This document shows, piece by piece, positions 11,288 to 19,628 of a DNA stretch of 21,145 nucleotides. The notes beneath the pieces are model-generated. The model had not been told where the DNA came from and made no database searches. It saw only the letters and a list, made by a program, of their open reading frames with translations. Each line of letters starts with the position of its first letter. Position 1 is the stretch's first letter. The position numbers and the translations under genes are program-made. The stretch is from positions 1-21,145 of the forward strand of contig JAZDIZ010000165.1 of assembly GCA_043804515.1 (NCBI GenBank), written 5' to 3'. The DNA is from Pseudomonadota bacterium (lineage in GTDB: Bacteria; Bdellovibrionota_G; JALEGL01; DATDPG01).

Positions 11288-11692
11288 ATGGCGGCCGAAC
11301 TCACACTCGAAGTCCTGACCCCTTGGCGCAAGGTTGTTTCGAAAACCTGCGGGGAAGTGACGGTTCCCGCCGTCGGAGGGGAGATCGGAATTCTTCCGGA
11401 ACACACCGCTCTGGTTTCCGCGCTTTCGGCGGGGGCGCTCCGGTTCCGCGTAGGCGACGAAACGGAGGTCCTGGCGGTTCGGGGCGGGTTTGTGCACGTG
11501 AGCTCGAATCACGTGGCGGTTCTGGCCGACGAGGCGGCGCTTCCCTCGGAACTGGACAAAGCGAAAATTCAGACGGAATGCACGGCGTTGGAGGAAAAGA
11601 TTTTGGGCGCCGATGCAAGCGCGGAGGGCCTGGAGAAACTTCTCGGCGATCGCGATTGGCTGGAAGCGCAGAGGATCGTTGCCGGCGCATGA
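11288..11692 (+). CDS. atpC: ATP synthase F1 subunit epsilon
   Basis: LTLEVLTP, GEIGILPEHTALVSAL, VRGGFVHV, VAVLADEA; follows atpD. Confidence 0.95.
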   Translation: MAAELTLEVLTPWRKVVSKTCGEVTVPAVGGEIGILPEHTALVSALSAGALRFRVGDETEVLAVRGGFVHVSSNHVAVLADEAALPSELDKAKIQTECTALEEKILGADASAEGLEKLLGDRDWLEAQRIVAGA

Positions 11693-11744
11693 GGAAGGGG
11701 CGTGCAGCGCCAGGTGGCCGAAAACCCGGGATCGCCCGCGCGCC

Positions 11745-11849
11745 ATGTCCGTTTCAGCTGTTGTCTTCGATCTGGGAGGCGTTCTGATTGACTGGAACCC
11801 GACGCGCACGGACATCCGCACCCCACTGACGCACAAACCCCCGAAATGA
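11745..11849 (+). pseudogene. Truncated copy of the 5' end of the HAD phosphatase gene at 12467
   Basis: 11745-11801 encodes MSVSAVVFDLGGVLIDWNP versus MPISAVVFDLGGVLIDWNP at 12467-12523 (48/57 nt identical by hand count). Unrelated sequence follows, with a stop at 11849. Confidence 0.8.
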
Positions 11850-11879
11850 ACGCTAGAAGTTTCCCCAAAAACCCCATAA

Positions 11880-11892
11880 TATCAGGACACTA
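11880..11892 (+). promoter_or_regulatory. Putative IHF-binding site upstream of a sigma54 promoter
   Basis: TATCAGGACACTA has one mismatch to WATCARNNNNTTR and lies about 40-55 bp upstream of the predicted transcription start. Confidence 0.45.
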
Positions 11893-11906
11893 GGCCGGAT
11901 ACGTCG

Positions 11907-11922
11907 CGGCATGATATTTGCT
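11907..11922 (+). promoter_or_regulatory. Sigma54 (-24/-12) promoter of the orphan gene
   Basis: CGGCATGATATTTGCT is GG-N10-GC, close to TGGCACGNNNNTTGCW. Predicted start about 11933, then SD GAGGTG (11935-11940) and ATG 11944. Confidence 0.7.
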
Positions 11923-11943
11923 TATCCACGTTGTGAGGTGAAT

Positions 11944-12405
11944 ATGACCAAAGGACGACCTTTCTTATTCTTGATTCTGGGGATCCCGATGTCGATTTCG
12001 TCGACCGTCGAGGCTCAAAGCTCCACCGCCATTACGGGGCAGATCGTTTCAAACTATGGCTGTGTGGTGCGCGCCTATTGGGCCAACGGGAACCAATCGA
12101 TTCGTCCTGCGACTCTCATTCCGGGCAATGTTGACAGCCAGGGTATAATTGCGACACGCTTGAGGGAAGGACCAATAAATCAAACGATGCTGACTACCCG
12201 CTTTGGACAGGCCCCCAACGGCGTGGAGATTCAATTCGGAATCTTCAACCACAACAAGCTTTTAGACCGGTACGACAACAGACCCGCGGTCATCCAGACG
12301 CTCAATCCATTACCGACACATTTCAGCGTTCAATTTTACGGCGAACACGAAGACTCCTATACTCTGGACTGCGACCAAAGAAGCACCCACAGGGGCTCGC
12401 CTTAA
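11944..12405 (+). CDS. Hypothetical secreted protein (no family recognised)
   Basis: Signal-peptide-like MTKGRPFLFLILGIPMSISSTVEA|QSS, two Cys in the mature part, its own promoter and SD. GC is 64/120 in 12121-12240 by hand count. Confidence 0.7.
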   Translation: MTKGRPFLFLILGIPMSISSTVEAQSSTAITGQIVSNYGCVVRAYWANGNQSIRPATLIPGNVDSQGIIATRLREGPINQTMLTTRFGQAPNGVEIQFGIFNHNKLLDRYDNRPAVIQTLNPLPTHFSVQFYGEHEDSYTLDCDQRSTHRGSP

Positions 12406-12442
12406 CGGGACGGACGATGATTATCAGACCGGTTTTGCACGA

Positions 12443-12456
12443 AGTCCCCGGGGACT
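12443..12456. repeat. Perfect 14-bp palindrome upstream of the HAD gene RBS
   Basis: AGTCCCCGGGGACT is its own reverse complement and ends 10 nt before ATG 12467. Confidence 0.55.
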
Positions 12457-12466
12457 GAACGAAGGA

Positions 12467-13078
12467 ATGCCGATTTCCGCCGTTGTTTTCGATCTGGGAG
12501 GCGTCCTGATCGACTGGAACCCCCGGTATCTCTTCCGAAAGCTGTTCGGCGGCGACGAGGAAAAAATATCCTGGTTTCTCGAGAACGTCTGCACGGAGGA
12601 GTGGAACAACCGGCATGATTTGGGGGTTTCCTATAAGGAAAACGCCGAGCGGCTTATCCTGAAATTCCCCCAATATGCGAGGGAAATTCGGGCCTATGGG
12701 GAACGCTGGACGGAGAACCTGGGGGGGGCCATCGAGGAATCCGTCCAAATCTTTGAGGAGCTTCGTTCGAGCGGCGTCGCCGTATACGCGCTCACCAATT
12801 TTTCGACCGAGGCATTCCCGCTCGCACGGCTGCGTTTTCCGTTCCTGAACTCCTTCGATGGAATCGTCATGTCCGGAGAACTCGGGATCGCGAAACCCGA
12901 CCCGGCGATCTATCGGCACCTGCTTAAAAAGTTCGGGCTTTCGGCAGCCCAGTCGATCTTTGTGGACGATCGGAAGGAGAACGTGGACGCCGCCCGCGCG
13001 CTCGGATTTCTCGTCCACCACTACCACGATCCCAAGAGCCTCCGGGACCACCTGAAAGAATTGGGCCTTCTGGAATAG
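12467..13078 (+). CDS. HAD-family phosphatase (YihX-like, class IA)
   Basis: Motif I VFDLGGVLID, motif II LTNF, motif III KPDPAIY, motif IV FVDDRKENV. SD GAAGGA. Confidence 0.9.
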   Translation: MPISAVVFDLGGVLIDWNPRYLFRKLFGGDEEKISWFLENVCTEEWNNRHDLGVSYKENAERLILKFPQYAREIRAYGERWTENLGGAIEESVQIFEELRSSGVAVYALTNFSTEAFPLARLRFPFLNSFDGIVMSGELGIAKPDPAIYRHLLKKFGLSAAQSIFVDDRKENVDAARALGFLVHHYHDPKSLRDHLKELGLLE

Positions 13079-13154
13079 GGCAACCGGGACTGACTGCCCG
13101 TTGCTGAAGACTGGCGGCCGGTATCCGGATTCCGGTGACCGGATCAGAAAACGT

Positions 13155-13763
13155 TTAAGAGTTAACCCTATTTTTCTGGGGGATCGCCTTGATCTTGGCC
13201 TTTCCCCCTTCGGTCACGACCTTGAGTGTGATGCCTTGCGCGCCGAGCTTTTTCTTGAGCGCCTCCACCTGTGCGGTCATCTGTGTGCGGAACTTCTCGA
13301 ACGAGAGGGCCGCCAGGTCCTCCTTGTTCTTCCCTTTCTCCGCGGCATAGGCGTCGAAAATCGCCTTCATCGGGTCCGCCTCCGGGGCCACCGACTGCGG
13401 TGGGGAAGGCCGTCCGGGCGTTGCCGAGGCATGCCGTTCCTTCTCGTGGATCTTGGCCCGGAACACGTCGCGTTCGTATCGTCCCTCGTCGATCTCTCGA
13501 AGGATGCGATCCCAGTAGACGCTGTACGTATTGTATCGATTCACGAGCTGCGTGTAGCGGAACTTGGGGCGCGCCGACTGGATCGGAACAGTCGAATATT
13601 TCCGGATCATCCCGACCACTTTCTCGCGGAGCTTGGCGGGCTCAATCCGGTTCAGGCCGAGAAAGTACTGCTCGTAAACGCCCTTTAGCTTTTCCAACTC
13701 CTGCGCCAAATGGTCCAGATCCTTGATGAGGTCATCCGAAGCCTTGATGGGCGCCAGCGGCAT
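13155..13763 (-). CDS. Conserved hypothetical protein, MXAN_5187 C-terminal-domain-like
   Basis: N-terminal YEQYFLGLNRIEP...FRYTQLVNRYNTYSVYWDRILREIDEG helical domain and C-terminal IFDAYAAEK...LSFEKFRTQM...ITLKVVTEGGKAKIKA. Family recognised from memory, not by search. Confidence 0.7.
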   Translation of the reverse strand: MPLAPIKASDDLIKDLDHLAQELEKLKGVYEQYFLGLNRIEPAKLREKVVGMIRKYSTVPIQSARPKFRYTQLVNRYNTYSVYWDRILREIDEGRYERDVFRAKIHEKERHASATPGRPSPPQSVAPEADPMKAIFDAYAAEKGKNKEDLAALSFEKFRTQMTAQVEALKKKLGAQGITLKVVTEGGKAKIKAIPQKNRVNS

Positions 13764-13771
13764 GTACCGTT

Positions 13772-13780
13772 AGTCTATCA
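13772..13780 (-). promoter_or_regulatory. Extended -10 element for the 13763 gene (near-leaderless transcript)
   Basis: Minus strand reads TG-A-TAGACT, 8 nt, ATG (13763), with no SD. The TG is supplied by the upstream gene's TGA stop. Confidence 0.4.
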
Positions 13781-15538
13781 CGGGTTCCGCCGTTGGGGAG
13801 CCAACGCGGAAGGCGACTCCGCCGGAACGAAGAGCGGGGCCAGGGAGGTTCCGGGATAGTAAGCGGCCAGGATCTCCGCATAGCTCTGGCCGCGTTCCGC
13901 GCGGCCGACGGCCCCCAGCTGACAAAGTCCGACGCCGTGGCCACGGCCCGCACCGTGAATCTTAAGGCCAGCAATGCGCCCCCCGTCCCGCTCGGCCTCG
14001 AACACGAACAGGCTGGACGGAAGACCCCCGAGAAGCTTGCGGATCTTGAGTTCTCCGACGACCCGTTTCTTGCCGGCGGGCGTGGTGAACGAGATCTCCA
14101 GGATCCGGCCCGAAGCGCCGCGCTTCCCGGGGGATACGTCCAGCAGGGGAGGCTTGAGTGAAAGGGAATCCAAAACCCGTTCGATATCAGAAACGCCGAG
14201 CCGACTTTCCCATCGCCAGCGTTCCGGGTGCGCCACCGTGGCGGCTCCGCAGTATGACGCGGGCGGCGCAGCCAGGAATGCTTGTACTTCGAGATCCGTG
14301 GAAAGGGGGAGCGCCGCCGTGTCGGGCAGAAGGTCGGAAACACCGAAAAGATAAGGGCGGGAGCGGGAGCCCATGACGTTCGTGCGAGGCTCGGTGTGGC
14401 CGCCGCAGGTGGAATGATAAAACGTTTCGGCCAGATCACCGGTGGCGTCGCGCAGGACCAGATCCTTCGTGTCCGCGACCGCGGCCGAGGAGGACGGCCT
14501 CTTGAGCGTCACCCCTCGGTATACCTGGCAGGCCGTGGTCGAGCAGATAAAGAAGGGCGTTTCGGAAAGAGGGTGGCCGGTCAGGCGTGAGGCGCCGTTG
14601 AACCGCGCGGCGAACGTGCGCGCCACGACCGCCTGAGCCTTGAGCGCCTCCGCGGGAGCCAGCGCGAAAAGCTCCGCGGGGACAACCCCCTCCAGATAAT
14701 CCCGAAACGCGGTCTGTTGGACGAGAGAGAGCTCGCCGGCGGGGTTGGGAACCAGGAACAACCGCGGGCCGTACTGTTCGTTCGACGTGTCGCCGCGAAC
14801 CTCTTCCGTCGCCGCGCCTTGCACCGCCACAGGCCCGTGAGGCGAGAGGATCTCCAAAAGGCCCTCAAACTCCTTGGAGAAAGTGCCGTTCTCGGCTTCG
14901 AGCCTTCCGCGGCCGAGAGGAGGGAGATCCACACGACTGGCCACGTCGCAGGCCGCTTTGAACAACGCGTTCGCCTCGTCACATACCGCCTGGGCGCCGC
15001 GTTCCGAGGCGGGGGCGGTCAGCGACAGAATCCACCGTTCCAGCGTCGCGTACGGCGCTTGTGTGTCCATGGCCGGCGGGCCGATCCAGCGTGCGGCCTT
15101 GAAGCCGCGAGTCCTCCACTTGAGAAGCGGGCCGACAGGCTTCTGGCCGGTCCGGGGGACCAGCCGTTGGTCTACGGAAGCGTAATACGAAAGGATCGCC
15201 GGGCGCGTCACGCCGAGGCCCGTTACACGCCAGACCACTTCGGGCGGTGAGGCCACCTCCCAGGACGCGTTCTCCGACCAAGCCCGAATTCGCATACGGT
15301 GGAGAGCCCGGAATTCGACCTTGGGCCGCGAAGGCACAATAGCGACGCTGACAAGATCGGAATCGGAAGCGGGAGGAACCCAGTAACTTCGGTAAAGATT
15401 CCGCGCAATCCTCCCTCCGTCCCCGAGGACGGCGGACTGATAAACGAGCGTCGGGCGTTCCTTCACGCAGCTGAAAAGCGCCAACCCAAGGAGGGGAACG
15501 AAAGCGAAAGTGCGGAAAAACCAGGAACTCAAGTGCAC
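13778..15538 (-). CDS. SpoIID/LytB-domain lipoprotein (putative lytic transglycosylase)
   Basis: Lipobox-like LALFSC; YLEGVVPAE...EALKAQAVVARTFA, CQVYRG, FYHSTCGGHTE, GRGHGVGLCQLGA, ILAAYYPG. Start is GTG 15538 or TTG 15532. Confidence 0.9.
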   Translation of the reverse strand: MHLSSWFFRTFAFVPLLGLALFSCVKERPTLVYQSAVLGDGGRIARNLYRSYWVPPASDSDLVSVAIVPSRPKVEFRALHRMRIRAWSENASWEVASPPEVVWRVTGLGVTRPAILSYYASVDQRLVPRTGQKPVGPLLKWRTRGFKAARWIGPPAMDTQAPYATLERWILSLTAPASERGAQAVCDEANALFKAACDVASRVDLPPLGRGRLEAENGTFSKEFEGLLEILSPHGPVAVQGAATEEVRGDTSNEQYGPRLFLVPNPAGELSLVQQTAFRDYLEGVVPAELFALAPAEALKAQAVVARTFAARFNGASRLTGHPLSETPFFICSTTACQVYRGVTLKRPSSSAAVADTKDLVLRDATGDLAETFYHSTCGGHTEPRTNVMGSRSRPYLFGVSDLLPDTAALPLSTDLEVQAFLAAPPASYCGAATVAHPERWRWESRLGVSDIERVLDSLSLKPPLLDVSPGKRGASGRILEISFTTPAGKKRVVGELKIRKLLGGLPSSLFVFEAERDGGRIAGLKIHGAGRGHGVGLCQLGAVGRAERGQSYAEILAAYYPGTSLAPLFVPAESPSALAPQRRNP

Positions 15539-15586
15539 GGATTATACATTCAGCGGGAGGATCGGATACCATCCAAAAGGAATCCG

Positions 15587-17200
15587 ATGGACCGACGCCG
15601 TACTACGCTGCTTTTTGCGTTCTTCGCGCTGATCTACATTCTCACGAATTCATTCCGGGAAAGCGTGCAATTGCCGGACGAGGAGTACGTCCTTCTTGTG
15701 ACGTCGAACCTTGTGGCCGGAAGGTCCTTGGCTCTTCCGCAGTCCGTGCCGAAATATGCCGGCGCCAGCCGCACGGGAACCGACGGTAAGACCTACTCGG
15801 TCTATCAGATCGGCCAATCGCTCGCGTATGCGCCCGTCTATTTTGCGGCGAAAAACACCCTGGCATTTGCTGAACCGTACGATCAGGCGAAATACGGGAA
15901 GCGGGAGGCCTACGACACGTGGCTGGAAAGGCAAACGCGGAGATTCCTTCTGCTTTGCCCGGTCTTTTTCGCGGCGCTCTCGTGCGCGATCTTCTTTTTG
16001 TTCGCCCTGCGGCTCGGGTTCTCGGGGGAAGGGAGCCTCATCCTGACGCTGTTTTACGGCCTGGGGACGATGGTGTGGCCTTATTCGAAGTTCCTCATGA
16101 CGGAATCGCTTCAGAACTGCCTTCTCCTGGGGACGGTGTACCTCCTCTTCGCCCAGAAGGCCGCCGGTGGGATGAAACTCCGATCGATGCTCGGGGCCGG
16201 CGCGTATTTCGGCTTCCTCTTGTCGATCCGGGCCAGCCTGGTCGTTCTTCTCCCGGCGCTCGTGTTCTACTGGTTCTATCGAAATCGGGATCGGCGCATG
16301 GCGCTCCCGATCGCGGCGTTCGTGATTCCGATGATCCTCCTGTTCATTCCTCAGTTGGTCTACGACCAGGCTCGTTTCGGAGGCGTGTTTGCGACCGGGT
16401 ACGCCGCGACGCTTTTCTCCACGCCCCTTTATGTAGGCCTTTTCGGATATCTGTTCAGCCCGGGAAAGAGCTTCTTTGTCTATGCGCCGATCGCGCTCTT
16501 GTTTTTTTGGGGGATCCGGTCCTTTTTTCAACGAGCCCGGGCGGAAGCGTTTCTATTCTGTCTTCTGTTGGGTCTCGTCCCGCTCAAGTACGCAAGTTGG
16601 TGGGTTTGGTCGGGCGACCCCTCGTGGGGCCCGCGGTACCTGCTCATCCTGACACCCTTCCTGATGCTCCCGGCCGGCGAGGTCCTGGAGCGAATAATTG
16701 TCGAGGCGAAAGTTCTCAAGCGCGGGCTCGTAGGGGCGCTCTTTGCGGGTTCGGTCCTGGTTCAGCTCTTGGCCGTATCGGTGCATTACCTCCACTATTT
16801 GAACTACGTGCGCCGCGCATCCACCTTGGCTCCGCCGAGTGCCGCGGCTCCGGCATCCGGAACGTCCGGAGGCATTTCACCTCTCCGAGACCCGTATGTG
16901 GAAACGGAGTTCAATCCGGAATTCTCCCCCGTTCTGGGACAGTGGTGGATGGTCAAGACTCTCCTGACGGGGGACCGAAACCCCGCGCTGTCGGCCCCTT
17001 GGGCAGGGCTTGGTTACGCCCCTCTTCATGCCCAGGTGCCGTTGAATGCGGAATGGGATGTTTGGGTATTGCAGCTCTTGGCGGGCGGCTTCGATTGGCT
17101 CAACATCAAGCCCCTGTTGGGGGCGCTCGCACTCCTGATTTTTTGGACGATCGTGGCGCAGGAGTTGTTCCTGACGATATTAAAACGGCCACCCTCATAG
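15587..17200 (+). CDS. Polytopic membrane protein, GT-C (ArnT/PMT-like) lipid-carrier-dependent glycosyltransferase-like
   Basis: Many hydrophobic segments, an acidic DEE motif in the first external loop, GTMVWPYSK, LFSPGKSFFVYAP, WWVWSGDPSWGPRYLL. ATG 15587 follows AAAAGGA. Confidence 0.7.
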   Translation: MDRRRTTLLFAFFALIYILTNSFRESVQLPDEEYVLLVTSNLVAGRSLALPQSVPKYAGASRTGTDGKTYSVYQIGQSLAYAPVYFAAKNTLAFAEPYDQAKYGKREAYDTWLERQTRRFLLLCPVFFAALSCAIFFLFALRLGFSGEGSLILTLFYGLGTMVWPYSKFLMTESLQNCLLLGTVYLLFAQKAAGGMKLRSMLGAGAYFGFLLSIRASLVVLLPALVFYWFYRNRDRRMALPIAAFVIPMILLFIPQLVYDQARFGGVFATGYAATLFSTPLYVGLFGYLFSPGKSFFVYAPIALLFFWGIRSFFQRARAEAFLFCLLLGLVPLKYASWWVWSGDPSWGPRYLLILTPFLMLPAGEVLERIIVEAKVLKRGLVGALFAGSVLVQLLAVSVHYLHYLNYVRRASTLAPPSAAAPASGTSGGISPLRDPYVETEFNPEFSPVLGQWWMVKTLLTGDRNPALSAPWAGLGYAPLHAQVPLNAEWDVWVLQLLAGGFDWLNIKPLLGALALLIFWTIVAQELFLTILKRPPS

Positions 17201-17341
17201 GTGAAACCCCTCGAGGCTCACTTGAAGGCGAGCGTCGGCCTACCGAATACACTTTGCATAGTTGAACGAATCGTTGCGCGATAGCCGAGGCGGACGGACA
17301 CGTAACTGATTACAATTACAGGCAAAAGGCCGCATCGGACA

Positions 17342-17357
17342 TGGAACAACTCTTGCT
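17342..17357 (+). promoter_or_regulatory. Sigma54 (-24/-12) promoter of the PilZ gene
   Basis: TGGAACAACTCTTGCT is GG-N10-GC. An AT-rich imperfect inverted repeat GTAACTG-ATTA-CAATTAC lies upstream at 17302-17319. Confidence 0.62.
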
Positions 17358-17371
17358 TCTCGTCTGGGTGT

Positions 17372-17782
17372 ATGGACAAGATAAGCCGACTGGACCGAAG
17401 AATCCCGATCAACTTTTTGATCGAATACGAAGGGTTCGAGCGAGATCACCGCGACCGGGCGCTGAACTTGAGCCGTGGAGGGGTCTTCATTTTGACGCCG
17501 AACCCGTTTCCGCCCGGGCGGAGGCTTCAACTTCGCTTTGAACTCCCCGATTTGAATCTTGAGATTCATGCCGCGGCTACCGTGCGCTGGGTCGCCGCAA
17601 ATGGCTCGAACCACTCAAAGGGAATGGGACTCAAGTTCGACGAAGACGATGCCCCGCTCCGCCAGCTCCTGGAATTGTATGTGGATGTCGAGCATGAGGT
17701 GAGTTCGGCGTTCTCCGTTCTGGAGCGTCCGAAGGACCCGCCCAAACCGGGGCTGTTCGTGTTTCCCCCGGAAGACAATTAG
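17372..17782 (+). CDS. Single-domain PilZ protein (putative c-di-GMP receptor)
   Basis: RxxxR (RLDRR) and NxSxxG (NLSRGG) motifs, plus ATVRWV and GMGLKF. Confidence 0.88.
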   Translation: MDKISRLDRRIPINFLIEYEGFERDHRDRALNLSRGGVFILTPNPFPPGRRLQLRFELPDLNLEIHAAATVRWVAANGSNHSKGMGLKFDEDDAPLRQLLELYVDVEHEVSSAFSVLERPKDPPKPGLFVFPPEDN

Positions 17783-17826
17783 TTCTTCACGCCCGCCCCC
17801 CACGTTTATACTGTGGCCCGCACGAT

Positions 17827-18582
17827 ATGGCGGGCGACGTTTATCTGTCTCTTGATATGGATTGGGCACCCGATTTCGTCTTGGAAGACCTCCGGGGCCT
17901 GCTCGGAACGGCCCGGCCGCCCTGCACCCTCTTTCACACACACAAGAGCCCTGCGGTCGGCCGCCTTTTGGAATTGAAGGGCGTCGAATGCTCGATTCAC
18001 CCTGATTTTACGAAGACGGACGACCCGGAAGGCCGCATTGCGGAACTCGCCGGAATGTTTCCCTCCGCGAAGGGCGCGCGCTGTCACCGCCTGTACTATC
18101 ACTCGGGACTCCTTCCCATCTTTCATCGCGCCGGCCTCCTGTATCTTTCCAACGACCTCCGTTTCCTGGAGCCGGGCCTTCGCCCCCGCTTCGATTGGAG
18201 CGGCCTGATCCACCTGCCCATCTACTGGGAAGACGACGTTCACGCCGTCTACTTCGGCGGGGCCTACGACCTCCAAGCATTGAATCTGGAGCAGGAAGGG
18301 CTGAAGGTCTTCAACTTTCATCCGATCCACATCTTTCTCAATACGTCGGACCTGGCCGAATACCGGAGGGCGAAACCGTTTCTTGCCGACGAGGCCGAAG
18401 CTCGAAAACGGCAACAAGGGAGACGCGGGATTCGGACACTCTTTTTGGAACTGCTCCGTCGGCTCGAGGGAAACAAGCCCGCGACACTGTGCGATCTGGC
18501 CGAAGAGTTCGCGCGCGGGAACCGCTACCAAGGACGATTTAAGGATTACGTTGCCCGGCTGGGCAAGGAACGCACGCCGTGA
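17827..18582 (+). CDS. WbmS-like polysaccharide deacetylase (CE4/NodB-like fold)
   Basis: LSLDMDWAPD, SIHPDF, GARCHRL, LPIYWEDDVH, GLKVFNFHPIHIFLN. Confidence 0.75.
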   Translation: MAGDVYLSLDMDWAPDFVLEDLRGLLGTARPPCTLFHTHKSPAVGRLLELKGVECSIHPDFTKTDDPEGRIAELAGMFPSAKGARCHRLYYHSGLLPIFHRAGLLYLSNDLRFLEPGLRPRFDWSGLIHLPIYWEDDVHAVYFGGAYDLQALNLEQEGLKVFNFHPIHIFLNTSDLAEYRRAKPFLADEAEARKRQQGRRGIRTLFLELLRRLEGNKPATLCDLAEEFARGNRYQGRFKDYVARLGKERTP

Positions 18583-19625
18583 AAAACAGCGACGCTAAGC
18601 GGATCCTGGTGACCGGGTGCGGAGGGCCGATGGGGGTGAACATCACCCGATCCCTTAGGAAAGCGCCCGAGGCGCTTTATCTGCTCGGGACCGAGGCGAA
18701 CCGGTACCACATCCATCTTTCGCTGACCGACCGATCCGAGATCATCCCCCCCGCGAAAGAGGCCGAGGCCTATGTGGAGGCCCTGTGCCGCCTGGTAAGG
18801 GACGACCGGATCGGGATGATCTTTCCCACGCACCCGGTCGAAGTGAGGGCGGTTTCCCGATATTGCGCGCGCTTTGGGGGCGTGCGGCTTCTTCTTCCCG
18901 AGTACGACGTGATCGTGATCGCGGACTCGAAATGGGAGACCTATCGGAGGTTGGAGGGGGCGGGGCTCCCCGTGCCTAGAACGCACCTGATCCGGACGAA
19001 GGAGGACGTGGAATCGGCGTTTTCGGCGCTCCAGACGCGGCCGATCTGGGTGCGCGGGGCCGGAACTCCCGGCGCCGGCATCGGAGTCGCGTCGCTGCCC
19101 TGCCGGGAAGTGCTTCACGCGACAGCCTGGGTGGACTACTGGAAAGGGTGGGGCGCGATGATCGCCAGCGAGTTCCTCCCCGGGAGGAACCTCACCTGGA
19201 CAGGGCTCTTCGCCGACGGGAAGCTTATGGCGGCTCAAACACGCGAGCGCCTGGAATACGTGCTCCCGCACGTGAGCCCAAGCGGGGTAACCGGGGCGCC
19301 GGCCGTCAGCCGTACGATCCGGGAACCCGAAGTGGCCCGCCTCGGCGAACTCGCCGTGCGTACGCTCAGTCCGGAACCGAACGGGCCGTTTTTCGTGGAT
19401 TTCAAGGAGGACGAGGGGGGGCTTCCGAAAATCACGGAGATCAATGCGGGACGCTTCGGAACGACGATTCATTTCTACACGGAGGCCGGCTTCAACTTTC
19501 CATACGCCGCCGTGCGCCTGGCATTCGGGATGGGGCTTCCGGGAGCACCGATTGTGGAGCCGATTCCCGAAAACACGTATTGGATTCGAACGTTGGATTG
19601 CGGGCCGGTCCTGGTGCGGATGTAG
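18579..19625 (+). CDS. ATP-grasp carboxylate-amine ligase-like protein
   Basis: ILVTGCGGPMG N-domain, DSKWETYRRLEGAGLPVPRT, SEFLPG, VDFKED, KITEINAGRFG (ExN metal motif). GTGA overlap with the upstream gene. Confidence 0.82.
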   Translation: MKNSDAKRILVTGCGGPMGVNITRSLRKAPEALYLLGTEANRYHIHLSLTDRSEIIPPAKEAEAYVEALCRLVRDDRIGMIFPTHPVEVRAVSRYCARFGGVRLLLPEYDVIVIADSKWETYRRLEGAGLPVPRTHLIRTKEDVESAFSALQTRPIWVRGAGTPGAGIGVASLPCREVLHATAWVDYWKGWGAMIASEFLPGRNLTWTGLFADGKLMAAQTRERLEYVLPHVSPSGVTGAPAVSRTIREPEVARLGELAVRTLSPEPNGPFFVDFKEDEGGLPKITEINAGRFGTTIHFYTEAGFNFPYAAVRLAFGMGLPGAPIVEPIPENTYWIRTLDCGPVLVRM

Positions 19626-19628
19626 GCC

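Noticed and set aside
11821..11875. Four C-tracts (minus-strand G-quadruplex candidate)
   Set aside because: Loops are long and uneven (about 13, 20 and 5 nt), with no other support.
11922..11930. DnaA-box-like TTATCCACG (8/9 match)
   Set aside because: Single site with no cluster or unwinding element; insufficient for an oriC call.
12131..12149. Perfect TTGACA and TATAAT hexamers inside the orphan gene
   Set aside because: The spacer is 7 bp instead of 16-18, so they cannot act as a sigma70 -35/-10 pair; likely chance in lower-GC DNA.
13080..13145. Hairpins and CCGG-rich dyads between convergent genes
   Set aside because: No U-tract or regular repeat-spacer period; cannot be called a terminator or CRISPR with confidence.
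15299..15586. N-terminal extension of the GT-C-like ORF
   Set aside because: It overlaps the divergent SpoIID gene; ATG 15587 has an SD and precedes the first TM helix.
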